NCBI GenBank assembly: GCA_002269645.1
Contig: NIVC01000438.1
Location: 225,379-289,378 of the forward strand
From: Macrostomum lignano
Taxonomy: Eukaryota
Direction: 5' to 3'
DNA length: 64,000 nt
The notes under the pieces are model-generated. The model saw nothing but the letters and a program-made list of their open reading frames with translations, did no database searches and was not told the origin of the DNA. Of this stretch, positions 24,901 to 37,148 are shown in pieces; position 1 is the first letter of the stretch, and each line of letters opens with the position of its first letter. A program made the position numbers and the translations under genes.

Positions 24901-26620
24901 TGGTGGCTCTTCTATGTTTGACATGGTGGCTCCCTTATGTGTGACATGGTGTGTTTTTTATGTTTAATGTTTGACATGGAGTCATATATGTTTGACATGG
25001 AGTCGTATATGTTTGACATGGTGGCTCTTTAATGTTTGACATGGAGTCACGTATATGTTTCACATGGTGGCTCTTTTATGTTTGACATGATGGCTCTTTT
25101 ATGTTTGACATGGTAGATCTTTTATGTTTAAAATGATGGCTCTTTTATGTTTGAAATGTTGTCTCTGTTATGTTCGACATGGTGGCTCTTAAATGTTTGA
25201 CATGGTGGCTCTTAAATGTTTGACATGGTGGCTCTTTAATGTTTGACATGGTGGCTCTTTTATGTTCGACATGGTGGCTCTTTTATGTTTGACATGGTGG
25301 CTCTTAAATGTTTGACATGGTGGCTCTTTAATGTTCGACATGGTGGCTCTTTAATGTTCGACATATGGTGTCTCTTTTTGTTTGACATGGTGGCTCTTTA
25401 ATGTTTGCCATGGCGGCCCTTTTACGTTTGAAATGTTTTCTCTGTTATGTTTGACATGGTGGCTCTTTAATGTTTGACATGGAGTCACGTATATTTTTGA
25501 CATGATGGCTCTTTTATGTTTGACATGGTGGCTCTTTTATGTTTGACATCGTTGCTCTTTTATGTCTGATATGGTGGCTCTTTTATGTTTGACATGGTGG
25601 CTCTTAAATGATTGACATGGTGGCTCTTTAATGTTTGGCATGGTGGCTCTTTTTATTTGGCATGGTGGCTCTTCTATGTTCGACATGGTGGCCCTTTAAT
25701 GTTTGACATGGTGGCTCTTTAATTTTTGACATGGTGGCTCTTTAATGTTCGACATGGTGGCTCTTTAATGTTTGACATGAAGTCACATATATGTTTGACA
25801 TGAAGTCACGTATATGGAGTCACGTATATGTTTGACATGGCAGCTCTTTAATGTTCGACATGGTGGTCTTTTATGTTTGGCAAGGTGGCTCTTTAATGTT
25901 TGACATGGAGTCACATATATGTTTGACATCGAGTCACGTATATGTTTGACATGGTGGTTCTTTTATGTTTGACATCGTGGTTCTTTTATGTTTGACATGG
26001 TGGCTCTTTTATGTTTGACATTGAGCTTCTTTTATGTTTAGCATTTTGTGTCTTTAATGTTTTATAAAAAAATTATTTTGCACAACTAAGATTCGAACCC
26101 AGGTCGCTACATTAGCATTCCAGTCTGTTCGCATCAGGGCTATCTCTTTTCAATTGGAGAACATGAATTGTGGCCCTTATAATTCAATTCTTACAGCAAG
26201 TCCATTGGAGTAAAAAGTTATGACATAATCAATTTCTCAGTCAGCCAGTATCAGTCCCAATTTAAGTTAGCAATATGGTTACGCAATTTCAATCAAGTCG
26301 TGTGTGCATTTCTTTGACACTGTTTTCAACTTGTTGTGATGCAATCTTTAACATAATCGGAATTCAGCCAGTCAGTTTTTTCTCTAGCATTCTTTCAATG
26401 CATTTAAAGTCGAAAATTTTGCTTGACCTTTGCAAAAAAGCATGTTTTTCGAATATTTAATCCCTTTAAAATTGAGCAATTTCTTAGCCAAGATGCATGT
26501 ACCGTCCCAGGAAAATTTCTGATCAAATGGTGCAAGTTTGAAGAAAATCGGTTGAGCCATTTTTTCTGAAATCAATCCCATACCCATATACAGACAACTC
26601 ATTTTTAGTATATAGGAAGA
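21963..26620 (-). mobile_element. Non-autonomous Helitron, unit 2 (4658 bp)
   Basis: Same hairpin plus CTAG 3' end at 21963. The 5' end TCTTCCTATATACTAAAAATG abuts the CTAG of unit 3. Same internal layout as unit 1. Confidence 0.85.
22725..26040. repeat. 23-bp minisatellite inside Helitron unit 2
   Basis: Same unit, with GGAGTCACGTAT variants. Confidence 0.97.
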
Positions 26621-29600
26621 CTAGCAATCTTCGCCCCCCGTTGGGGGACATCTGTATAGAACCTCTGTTCTCTACAAGTAACAAAAAGATAGCCAAAAAA
26701 GGCCTTCACAAAAAAAACAGACAAAATACTCAAAGGAAGCAAAAAGAAATCATCCCAAGACAGCAAGCATCCCCCAGATAGCAAGCATCTTCCAGATTAC
26801 AAGCAACCCCCAGATAGCAAGCATCCCCCAGATAGCAAGCATCCCCCAGATAGCAAGCATCCCCCAGATAGCAAGCATCCGCCAGATAGCAAGCATCTTC
26901 CAGATAGCAAGCATCCGCCAGATAGCAAGCATCTTCCAGATTACAAGCAACCCCCAGATAGCAAGCATCCCCCAGATAGCAAGCATCCCCAGATAGCAAG
27001 CATCCCCCAGATAGCAAGCATCCGCCAGATAGCAGGCATCTTCCAGATTACAAGCAACCCCCAGATAGCAAGCATCCCCCAGATAGCAAGCATCCCCAGA
27101 TAGCAAGCATCCGCCAGATAGCAAGCATCCCCTACATAGATAGCATCCCCAAATAGCAAGCATCCACCAGACAATAAGTAGCTAGTGCGATAATTTCCTT
27201 AGCATTATAGTGGCTCCTTTAAAATTCGCTTACTTTTATGTTTGAAATTGTGTAAATTTTATGTTTGACATGGTGGCTGTTTTAAGTTCTACATGGCAAC
27301 TGTTTTATGTTTGAAACGATGGCTTTTTAATGTCAGACATGGTGGCTCTTTTATGTTTGACATGGTGCCTCTTTATTGTTTGACATGGTGGCTCTTTAAT
27401 GTTTAACCTGGTGGCTCTTTTATGTTTGAAACAGTGGCTCTTTTATGTTTGACACAGTGACTCTTTAATGTTCGACAAAGTGGCTATTTAATGTTTGACA
27501 AGGTGGCTTTTAAATGTTTGACATGGTGGCTCCTTAATGTTCGAGAAAGTGGCTCTTTAATGTTTTTCATGGTATAGCTCTTTTATGTTCGACATGGTGG
27601 CTCTTTTAGGTTTGACATGGTGGCTCTTTTATGTTCGACATGGTGGCTCTTTTAGGTTTGACATGGTGGCTCTTTTAGGTTTGACATGGTGGCTCTTAAA
27701 TGTTTGACATGGTGGCTCTTAAATGTTTGACATGGTGACTCTTTAATGTTTCAAATGGTGGCTCTTTAATGTTTTACGTGGTGGCTCTTAAATGTTTGAC
27801 ATGGTGGCTCTTAAATGTTTGACATGGTAGCTCTTTAATATTCTACATTGTGGCTCTTAAGTGTTCGAAATTGTGGATCTTTTAGGTTTGACATGATGGC
27901 TGTTTAATGTTCAACATAGTGGCTCTTTTATGTTTAACATGGTGGCTCTTAAATGTTTGACATGGTGGCTCTTTAATGTTCGAAATGGTGGCTCTTTTGT
28001 TTTACATGGTGGCTCTTTAATGTTTGACATGGTGGCTCTTTAATGTTTGACATAAAGTCACTTATATGTTCGAAATGGTGGCTCTTTTAGGTTTGACATG
28101 GTGGCTCTTTTAGGTTTAACATGGTGGCTCTTTTAGGTTTAACATGGTGGCTCTTTTAGGTTTAACATGGTGGCTCTTTTAGGTTTAACATGGTGGCTCT
28201 TAAATGTTCGACATGGTGGCTCTTTAATGTTCGACATGGTGGCTCTTTAATATTCTTCATGTTATAGCTCTTTCATGTTTGACATGGTGGCTCTTTTATG
28301 GTCGACATGGTGGCTCTTTAATGTTCGAAATGGTGGCTCTTTAATGTTCGAAATAGTGGCTCTTTCATTTTCGACATGGTGGCTCTTTATGTTTGACATG
28401 TTGGCTCTTTTATGATTGACATGTTGGCTCTTTTATGTTTGACATGGTGGATATTTAATGTTCGAAATAGTGGCTCTTTTATGGTCGACATGGTGGCTCT
28501 TTAATGTTCGAAATGGTGGCTCTTTAATGTTCGAAATAGTGGCTCTTTTATTTTCGACATGGTGGCTCTTTTAGGTTTGACATGGTGGCTCTTTTATGTT
28601 CGACATGGTGGCTCTTTAATGTTTGACATGGTGGCTCTTTAATGTTTTACATGGTAGCTCTGTTATGTCCGAAATGGTGGCTCTTTAATGTTTGACATAA
28701 AGTCACATATATGTTTGACATGGTGGCTCTTAAATGTTTGACATGGTGGCTCTTTATGTTTGACATGTTGGCTCTTTTATGTTCGAAATGGTGGCTCTTT
28801 TTTGTTCTACATGTTAACTCTTTTTATTTGATACGGTGGCTTTTTTAATGTCTGACATGTTGGCTCTTTAATGTTCGACAAAGTGGCTCCTAAATGTTTG
28901 ACATAGTGGCTCTTCAATGTTTGACAATGTAACTTTTGAATGTTTGACATGGTGGCTCTTTAATGTTTGACATGGTAGCTCTGTTATGTTCGACATGGTG
29001 GCTCTTCTAGGTTTGACAATGTGGCTCTTTAATGTTTCACATGGTGGCTCTTTAATGTTTTACATGGTGGCTCTTTTATGTTTAACTTGGTAGCTCTTTG
29101 TTATTTTACATGGCAGCTCTTTTATGTTCGACATGGTGGCTCTTTAATATTCTTCATGTTATAGCTCTTTCATGTTTGACATGGTGGCTCTTTAATGTTC
29201 GAAATGGTGGCTCTTTAATGTTTAACACAAAGTCACATATATGTTTGACATGGTGGCTCTTAAATGTTTGACATGGTGGCTCTTTATGTTTGACATGTTG
29301 GCTCTTTTATGTTTGACATGTTGGCTCTTTTATGTTTGACATGGTGGCTCTTTAATGTTCGAAAAAGTGGCTCCTAAATGTTTGACATAGTGGCTCTTTG
29401 ATGTTCGAAATAGTGACTCTTTTATTTTCGACATGGTGGCTCTTTAATTTTCGAAATGGTGGCTGTTTAATGTTAGAAATGGTGGCTCTTTTATGTTTGA
29501 CATAAAGTCACTTATATGTTTTATATGGTGCCTCTTAAATATTTGACATGGTGGCTCGTTTAGGTTTGACATGGTGGCTCTTTAATATTCGATATGTTAG

Positions 29601-30238
29601 CTCTTTTATGTTCGACATGGTGCCACTGATATGTTTGACATTGTGCTTCTTTTATGTTTAGCAGTTTCATGTTTTCAAGGTGTTTTAATAAAAAAATTAT
29701 TTTGCACTACTAAGATTCGAACCCAGGTCGCTACATTAGCATTCCAGTCTGTTCGCATCTGGGCTATCTCTTTTCAATTGGAGTACATCAATTGTGGCCC
29801 TTATAATTCAATTCTTACAGCAAGTCAATTAGAGTAAAAAGTTATGACAAAATCAATTTCTCAGTCAGCCAGTATCAGTTTCAATTCAAGTTAGCAATAT
29901 TGGTTACGCAATTTAAATCAAGTCGTGTGTGCATTTCTTCGGCACTGTTTTCTACTTGTTGTGATGCAATCTTTATCAGAATTGAAATTCAGCCAGTCAG
30001 TTTTTTCTCTAGCATTCTTACAATGCATTTCAAGTCGAAAATTTTGCTTGACCTTTGCAAAAAAGCATGTTTTTCGAATATTTAATCCCTTTAATATATA
30101 GCAATTTCTTAGCCAAGATGCATGTACCGTCCCAGGAGAATTTCTGATCGAATGGTGCAAGTTTGAAGAAAATCGGTTGAGCCATTTTTTCTGAAATCTA
30201 TCGCATACCCACAGACAACTCATTTTTAGTATATAGGA
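26621..30238 (-). mobile_element. Non-autonomous Helitron, unit 3 (3618 bp)
   Basis: Hairpin GTCCCCCAACGGGGGGC plus CTAG at 26621. The 5' end TCCTATATACTAAAAATG is preceded by A, so the whole array sits between A and T on the minus strand. Confidence 0.85.
27235..29660. repeat. 23-bp minisatellite inside Helitron unit 3
   Basis: Same unit, with TTTTAGGTTT and TTCGAAATGG variants. Confidence 0.97.
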
Positions 30239-30539
30239 TTTAGTATATTTAATTAATATTAATAAGATTTTTTATAATTTAGTAGCAAAGAATTGATGTT
30301 TTTATCATTTCTATAATATATTATATTGGTATTAAATCATAAGTATCTTCACTTGCTCTCTGTCTACAAACTGATATGTAGGACTTCATTTAGACACTAA
30401 CCAACTATCATAACTCAAACTGAACTCAAAGCTTCTTATTCAAGAACTATTCAAGAAAAGCTGATGTTTGCATCTCTATAGTGTATAATATTGATATCCA
30501 ATTTCAAGTACTTTTGCCTGCTCTTTTTTTGCTAAAAAC

Positions 30540-33290
30540 TGACCTATAAGACTATTGGAACCAATGTGGGAAAATTTGCTCGCATCACTCTAGATGGTCT
30601 TGGCCAAGTTGTATGGTGTCTAACTTATATGCTGCTTTGCCCAGTTCAGGTCCCATTTCCAATTTTTGTTAGAGATAAATGGCTTCTTCCTAGTAATGTG
30701 GCCATGCAGTTTGGCAGCAACCAGATAGTGGCAGACAGTCATAAGATGCAGCTGGACACCACTAGACACCAAAAGTTCATAGCTGATGTCCATAGCAATG
30801 AGCCAATAGTTGGACTTGTGCATTTGTATAATGTGGCAACCTAGTTCCAGTTGATCTAGAACTGGTTCGTAGTCAGGTCCATCTATGGTGGCAGCAATCT
30901 CATCAAGTGGGTTGCAGGATGCAGGCTGCGGCAGTTTGTAATCAAGTTCACTAAGAAAGCTGCTGAAATCCATTTTGGTAGGTACAGATGCAGATGCAGC
31001 AGTCATTGTCCTCCTCTTTTGCACAAGTTGCAGGTGGCTTGGAAAGGCAAGAAAGGCCTTCTCAACAGATAGCTGCAATCCATTTTTGCTTTAACTGATC
31101 ATCCTTTTGAAAAGAGTGAAATGATACTCTACTTGCCATCAAGGACTTGTTTAATCTGCCAAAAGCACAGAAATAGTTGTCAATTGGAATGGGGCATGAA
31201 TGGCAAGAATACCATTTTTGTATTGTTTTTTGTCCCACAATGTGCCTAGACAGGCCCTGGAAATTTGCAGTCTATGTTCTATATGGTCTATAGCAAAAAT
31301 ATTGCATATATACATTATATATTCAATTTTAGAGGAGGCTCTTGCTGTCATTTGAGCTCCAGGGTACCAGCCAGTGCTGCATAGCCATGGTCTTGCCCTC
31401 AGCTACAGTGATGCTAGTCTTGCTGATGCAGTGTCCTAGGAATATCATGCTGGTGGTATTAGCAAATTGGCACTTTGATGGCTTGAGGTGCAGATTGAAC
31501 TTGTGCAGTTGCACTAGAACTGATTCCAACCAATCATTGTGCTAGCTAATGGTTTAGTCCATCATCATGATGATTGTCAATGAACATAAGATAGGCCTGC
31601 CATGCATAAGCCACTGAAAGGTGGTTAATGCATTCCATAATCCATAATCTAAACGGCATCATTTTGAACTCAAACAAGCCTTCATAGCACACAAACACTG
31701 TCTTCTCCTTATTCCTATTGTCCATCTTGACTTTAAAAGTGGCAATAGTCATCAATGTGGGGCATTGGGAAGGCATTGGGTTTGATCACTGGGTTTGGGT
31801 TTGTCCACACTACTGTTTATCAGGGGGTAGTCCATGCACAATCTGGCCGACCTTTCCTTCTTGCCAATCAGAACAATCTGATAGAGCCCAAGGTGACAAT
31901 GATTCCCTTTGCCAGCATCTCATTGACTAGGTCCTTCTACTGAGCAATTGCTTTAGGGGCTGGATGCCACAGTCCTTGGTAAATCGGCCTGGTGCTGACT
32001 GTGTCAATCTCATGCTTTAACAACTAAGTGCAGCCTAGGTTTCTAGGGCCTGCGAAGATGCCACTGAACTCTAGCAGAAGGTGTTCAACTTGCTGTCATC
32101 CTAGTTGGGATGTCATCAGTAATTTGCATTTCATCTTATCAAGATGTTGCAATATTCAGATCTGTCTAGCTGCTATTGCCAGATCTAGCTTGCAGGTGCC
32201 TGGCTTGGCCAGACAGCAGTCTGAAGTTACCAACAATATCGCTCTCCTTTGTCTTGAATGCCTTATTGCTGGACATTGATGACTGCAACCTGCATTCTGT
32301 GATCAGCTAGCTTGGGTATGCTGCGGCCAATCAACACTTTGTCTGTCTTGCTGCTGCAGCCTGCCGCCTGGTGACTCCAAGTTTGTCCACACTACTGCAC
32401 TCGCTGGCTGCACTGGGATGATTCAGCCATTGCCTGGCTGCAGTTGAACTATGGCCGCTACTGCCAGCTTGCACATCTGGGCCGCCTGCCTGGATGTCCA
32501 CATTGTCAAGGTGACACCAAGGCCATTAAACTCAAGGATGCCTGATCTCGGGTGAATTAAAATGTCAGATTTGTTGAGGAAGTCATATCTCAGGATAACT
32601 GGTATATGCCTAGCATAGTTGCTTGATTGCCAATCATGCCATAAATAGTTGTTGAGCTAGGCCTCAGCTACCACTTAAGCCTGGCCAAGTGCACAATGTT
32701 GTTAATAATGTAGGAGATCTTGGCACTGGTGTCAATCATGCACAGCTGGCATCTTCTAAGCATGTACAATGTAATAAAGTGCACTTCGTCAGGCTGGCAG
32801 CTAGGGTGTGGAGGTGGAGGCTGGGCTGAACTGCTTAGTGCTAGTACTGACCAATTGGACCAGCCCCCCCCCCACTGGCATTTGGGCACCTCTGGTGGAT
32901 GTGGCCAGTCTGATGGTAGCCATCTATAGCAAATAGGCACTGCTGCCCTGGGCTACTTCTGTTGATGTGGCTGTGTCAGCTCAGCTGGTCTTCATGATGA
33001 CACTAGGGCTGCCTACACTCAATGGGCCTATGGTTGATAATGCTATATTGGTTGTGTCCTATGCTGCAACTGTGTTCCTGTCAGTGTTGACTGTAACTAG
33101 TGCCACTGCAGCTGATAAATTAGTGCTACAGTGCTGCAACTGAGAATTCATGATCTGCCAGGTCTTGTGCACTTGTTGGGCATAGTACAGGGCCTGATTC
33201 GGTATAGTAAGAGGCAATTGCACATTAAATAGCCACTCTGTCATGCAGTTATCATTCAGCTCTTGAACAAACCACTCAGGCACAGTCTGC
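30540..33290 (-). mobile_element. Decayed Ty3/Gypsy LTR retrotransposon internal fragment (gag-protease-RT-RNase H), many stops and frameshifts
   Basis: Gag-like remnant, then a degenerate Zn-knuckle (ICYRW..GHP-like), protease IDTSAKISYI, RT KTVFVCYEGLFEFKMMPF, FIDN (degenerate YxDD) and LHLKPSKCQF...IFLGHCIS, then RNase H-like APFQLTT. No LTR or integrase recognised. Confidence 0.85.
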
Positions 33291-33628
33291 TGGCATCAAG
33301 AGTTTTAATGAAAGTGATTAAAACAAAAAGTTGTAATCAAGATTGAAGGTTTTATACTTAAAACATGTTTTGGTCAACATAGACAATCTTGTAAAAAAAA
33401 GCAAATAAAGCTTATAGAGCAAAATAATTTTAAAACTATTGTATTTTTTGTTTTTTAATTGATTTTACATATTTTACATAACAAATATTAATCAAGTAAG
33501 AATTAAATAATTGAAATATATTTATGTATATTTTATATCCTCTCATTGACTTATAACAAATGTAGGATTGCTATTATTCCTGTTTTAAATTTTTTTATAC
33601 ATGAAAATATAAACACTTAACATTTTAG

Positions 33629-35481
33629 AACAATTGTCTACGATAACCTCAAGCACTCATTGACCCCAAGTGAGGCTGCAAAAATACTTAGAACAGTTGA
33701 TCGAACTAAGATTTCGACCAAGACGCCTCAGAGACCAAAAGGTGGCGAGGTTTACATATATCGAGCAAAAATTATTGGAAAAGGTAAATTATTTTTTAAG
33801 CTGCTATATATAAATCAAGATCCTATTTTTGTCTGCCTATATGGTGGGGTAAGCACTGGTAATGGTACAGTTGTAGCTGTCAATGTGAGCTGGTATTGGG
33901 TATAGCCTTGAGATAACCTGGTGGGAGGGAGATGAGGTGCGCTAAGAGAGAATCTCACGTGCCCGTTTAGATTAAGACCCGTGCTGAGAGAGAGAATCTC
34001 ACTGAGTGATTAAGACCCGTGCTGAGAGAGAATCTCACTGAGTGATTAAGACCCGTGCTGAGAGAGAATCTCACTGAGTGATTAAGACCCGTGCTGAGAG
34101 AGAATCTCACTGAGTGATTGAGACCCGTGCTGAGAGAGAATCTCACTGAGTGATTAAGACCCCTGCTGAGAGAGAATCTCACTGAGTGATTAAGACCCGT
34201 GCTGAGAGAGAGAATCTCACTGAGTGATTGAGACCCGTGCTGAGAGAGAATCTCACTGAGTGATTGAGACCCGTGCTGAGAGAGAATCTCACTGAGTGAT
34301 TGAGACCCGTGCTGAGAGAGAATCTCACTGAGTGATTAAGACCCCTGCTGAGAGAGAATCTCACTGAGTGATTAAGACCCGTGCTGAGAGAGAGAATCTC
34401 ACTGAGTGATTGAGACCCGTGCTGAGAGAGAATCTCACTGAGTGATTGAGACCCGTGCTGAGAGAGAATCTCACTGAGTGATTAAGACCCCTGCTGAGAG
34501 AGAATCTCACTGAGTGATTAAGACCCGTGCTGAGAGAGAGAATCTCACTGAGTGATTAAGACCCGTGCTGAGAGAGAGAATCTCACTGAGTGATTGAGAC
34601 CCGTGCTGAGAGAGAATCTCACTGAGTGATTAAGACCCCTGCTGAGAGAGAATCTCACTGAGTGATTAAGACCCGTGCTGAGAGAGAGAATCTCACTGAG
34701 TGATTGAGACCCGTGCTGAGAGAGAATCTCACTGAGTGATTAAGACCCCTGCTGAGAGAGAATCTCACTGAGTGATTAAGACCCCTGCTGAGAGAGAATC
34801 TCACTGAGTGATTAAGACCCGTGCTGAGAGAGAGAATCTCACTGAGTGATTGAGACCCGTGCTGAGAGAGAATCTCACTGAGTGATTGAGACCCGTGCTG
34901 AGAGAGAATCTCACTGAGTGATTAAGACCCCTGCTGAGAGAGAATCTCACTGAGTGATTAAGACCCGTGCTGAGAGAGAGAATCTCACTGAGTGATTAAG
35001 ACCCGTGCTGAGAGAGAATCTTTGTGAAAAAGATTTGAACAAGCATGTTAATTTTCTCAAATGACTTTTAGCCTGGCGATATGACGGCTACGAAAGATGC
35101 TGGCGTTCGAACGGAACGCATTATTACCCAAAATTTCACAATCTGGACGCGTCGAAAGAGAACGCTGTCTTTAAAATTATCCGACACGCCGCTTTCGACA
35201 AAACAACTAATGCAAAGTTCAAATTTAGCCGCGTGACCTATGTGGAATTGTCGCGCAACGATAGAGACAATCCCCTGGTGATTGTTCAATACTTTGGCGA
35301 CGAGACTGCTATCGCAGTGCCCGACCCTTTAACACAACGTCGTATTAGCTTACCAAAGTCGCACAATAGCAGGTGCACCCTGCGCTCGAGTTCTCATCGC
35401 AGGCGGGTTACGACTTCAGAACCAACTCGTTTAACGGCTCAAATTAGCGAAAGTCGTCTAATTAAGGCTTCGCAGTGGTGA
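33629..35481 (+). CDS. CG-1 (CAMTA-type DNA-binding)-like domain protein; exons 33629-33783 and 35072-35477/35481
   Basis: The phase-1 splice AAA G|CC TGG joins PQRPKGGEVYIY to AWRYDGYERCW...FSRVTY...LVIVQYFGDE. This matches remembered CG-1 motifs PxxGxxxLF, FRxDGHxW, FxRRxY and IVLVHY. A GTGAGT donor at 35478 suggests a further exon. Confidence 0.62.
33965..35020. repeat. 36/38-bp minisatellite (AATCTCACTGAGTGATTAAGACCCGTGCTGAGAGAG), about 29 copies, intronic
   Basis: Contiguous tandem units with no spacers. Confidence 0.97.
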
Positions 35482-35609
35482 GTTTTTTGGCATGAATTCT
35501 GTTATCGCGTATGCATTTTACCTAATGTGCATCAATTGCATCTCCACTTAATTCACATAAAATTTCCTCTTTCTCAATTAAGTTATATTTCAGTTTGTCC
35601 TTTCTCTAT

Positions 35610-36400
35610 CAACGTACATCAAGTTTCGTCTCTCCCCAATCAACGTACATCAAGTTTCGTCTCTCCCCAATCAATGTACATCAAGTTTTGTCTCTCCCCA
35701 ATCAACGTACATCAAGTTTCGTCTCTCCCCAATCAACGTACATCAAGTTTCGTCTCTCCCCAATCAATGTACATCAAGTTTTGTCTCTCCCCAATCAACG
35801 TACATCAAGTTTCGTCTCTCCCCAATCAACGTACATCAAGTTTCGTCTCTCCCCAATCAATGTACATCAAGTTTGTCTCCCCAATCAATGTACATCAAGT
35901 TTCGTCTCTCCCCAATCAATGTACATCAAGTTTCGTCTCTCCCCAATCAATGTACATCAAGTTTCGTCTCTCCCCAATCAACGTACATTAAGTTTCGTCT
36001 CTCCCCAATCAACGTACATCAAGTTTCGTCTCTCCCCAATCAACGTACATCAAGTTTCGTCTCTCCCCAATCAACGTACATCAAGTTTCGTCTCTCCCCA
36101 ATCAACGTACATCAAGTTTCGTCTCTCCCCAATCGATGTACATCAAGTTTCGTCTCTCCCCAATCAATGTACATCAAGTTTCGTCTCTCCCCAATCAATG
36201 TACATCAAGTTTCGTCTCTCCCCAATCAATGTACATCAAGTTTCGTCTCTCCCCAATCAATGTACATCAAGTTTCGTCTCTCCCAATCAACGTACATCAA
36301 GTTTCGTCTCTCCCCAATCAACGTACATCAAGTTTCGTCTCTCCCCAATCAATGTACATCAAGTTTCGTCTCTCCCCAATCAATATACGTCAAGCCTGGT
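35610..36400. repeat. 31-bp minisatellite (AATCAAYGTACATCAAGTTTCGTCTCTCCCC)
   Basis: Tandem units; 31-aa periodicity in the ORF track. Confidence 0.97.
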
Positions 36401-37148
36401 CTCTCATTAATCATTGTACATCGAATTTTACCTCCGCCCATTGTAAAAAAATTGTTGTCTCTATCAATATAGATTTGTACTAATTAGACTTTAGCTTAGG
36501 TATGTTTTAAAACGGAGCGATTTTTTTTCAATGACTATACAATTTAGAGAAAATCAAAAAGGTAAAATACAGGTTTGTTTAACATTTCTAATCGATCGTA
36601 TATATGTAAATATTTATTTTTAAGCAAATCATTTACTAGAGTATGCAGCGTTAGTTAGTACACTAAAAGTGTTAAAGAGGCATACAGTTTGGCAATCAAT
36701 TTGTTTAAAATCAAAGTTTTTTCTTTCTAAGCATCGTAGCTACTGTGCTATTTAGCATCCTAGATGCGAACTCTGGATAACAAATCAAATAAAATACATC
36801 TCTACCATACCCTTTACATTTTTGAGCCACTCTGACCTACAGAAATTTCAGTCTGCATAATCAAAGTCTTGAAAATCCCAAGAAACATACTAATAGCAAC
36901 TGAAAATAACATAATTATTAAAGTTTATAGATGTGTCGTTACAACACGTGAAACGCTAAACCCAGTTGCTGGATATTCTAGGAGGTAAGCAAGAAAGTTA
37001 GTAGCAGTATACAATATTTCAGTGCAATATAATATTTATTAATCGGCTACATCTTAAATAGTGGTCTTCAAGTTCTACCTGTAGCATAAGTAACTATATA
37101 AGCACAAGGATATCAGTCTCCACTTACTTGAAATTAGTAAAGGTCAAA

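Noticed and set aside
30240-33600. Full-length or active LTR retrotransposon
   Set aside because: No matching LTRs, primer-binding site or integrase found; the RT catalytic motif is degenerate and frames are interrupted.
33965-35020. 36-bp partly palindromic repeat as a CRISPR array
   Set aside because: Units are contiguous with no unique spacers, there are no cas genes, and it lies in a eukaryotic intron.
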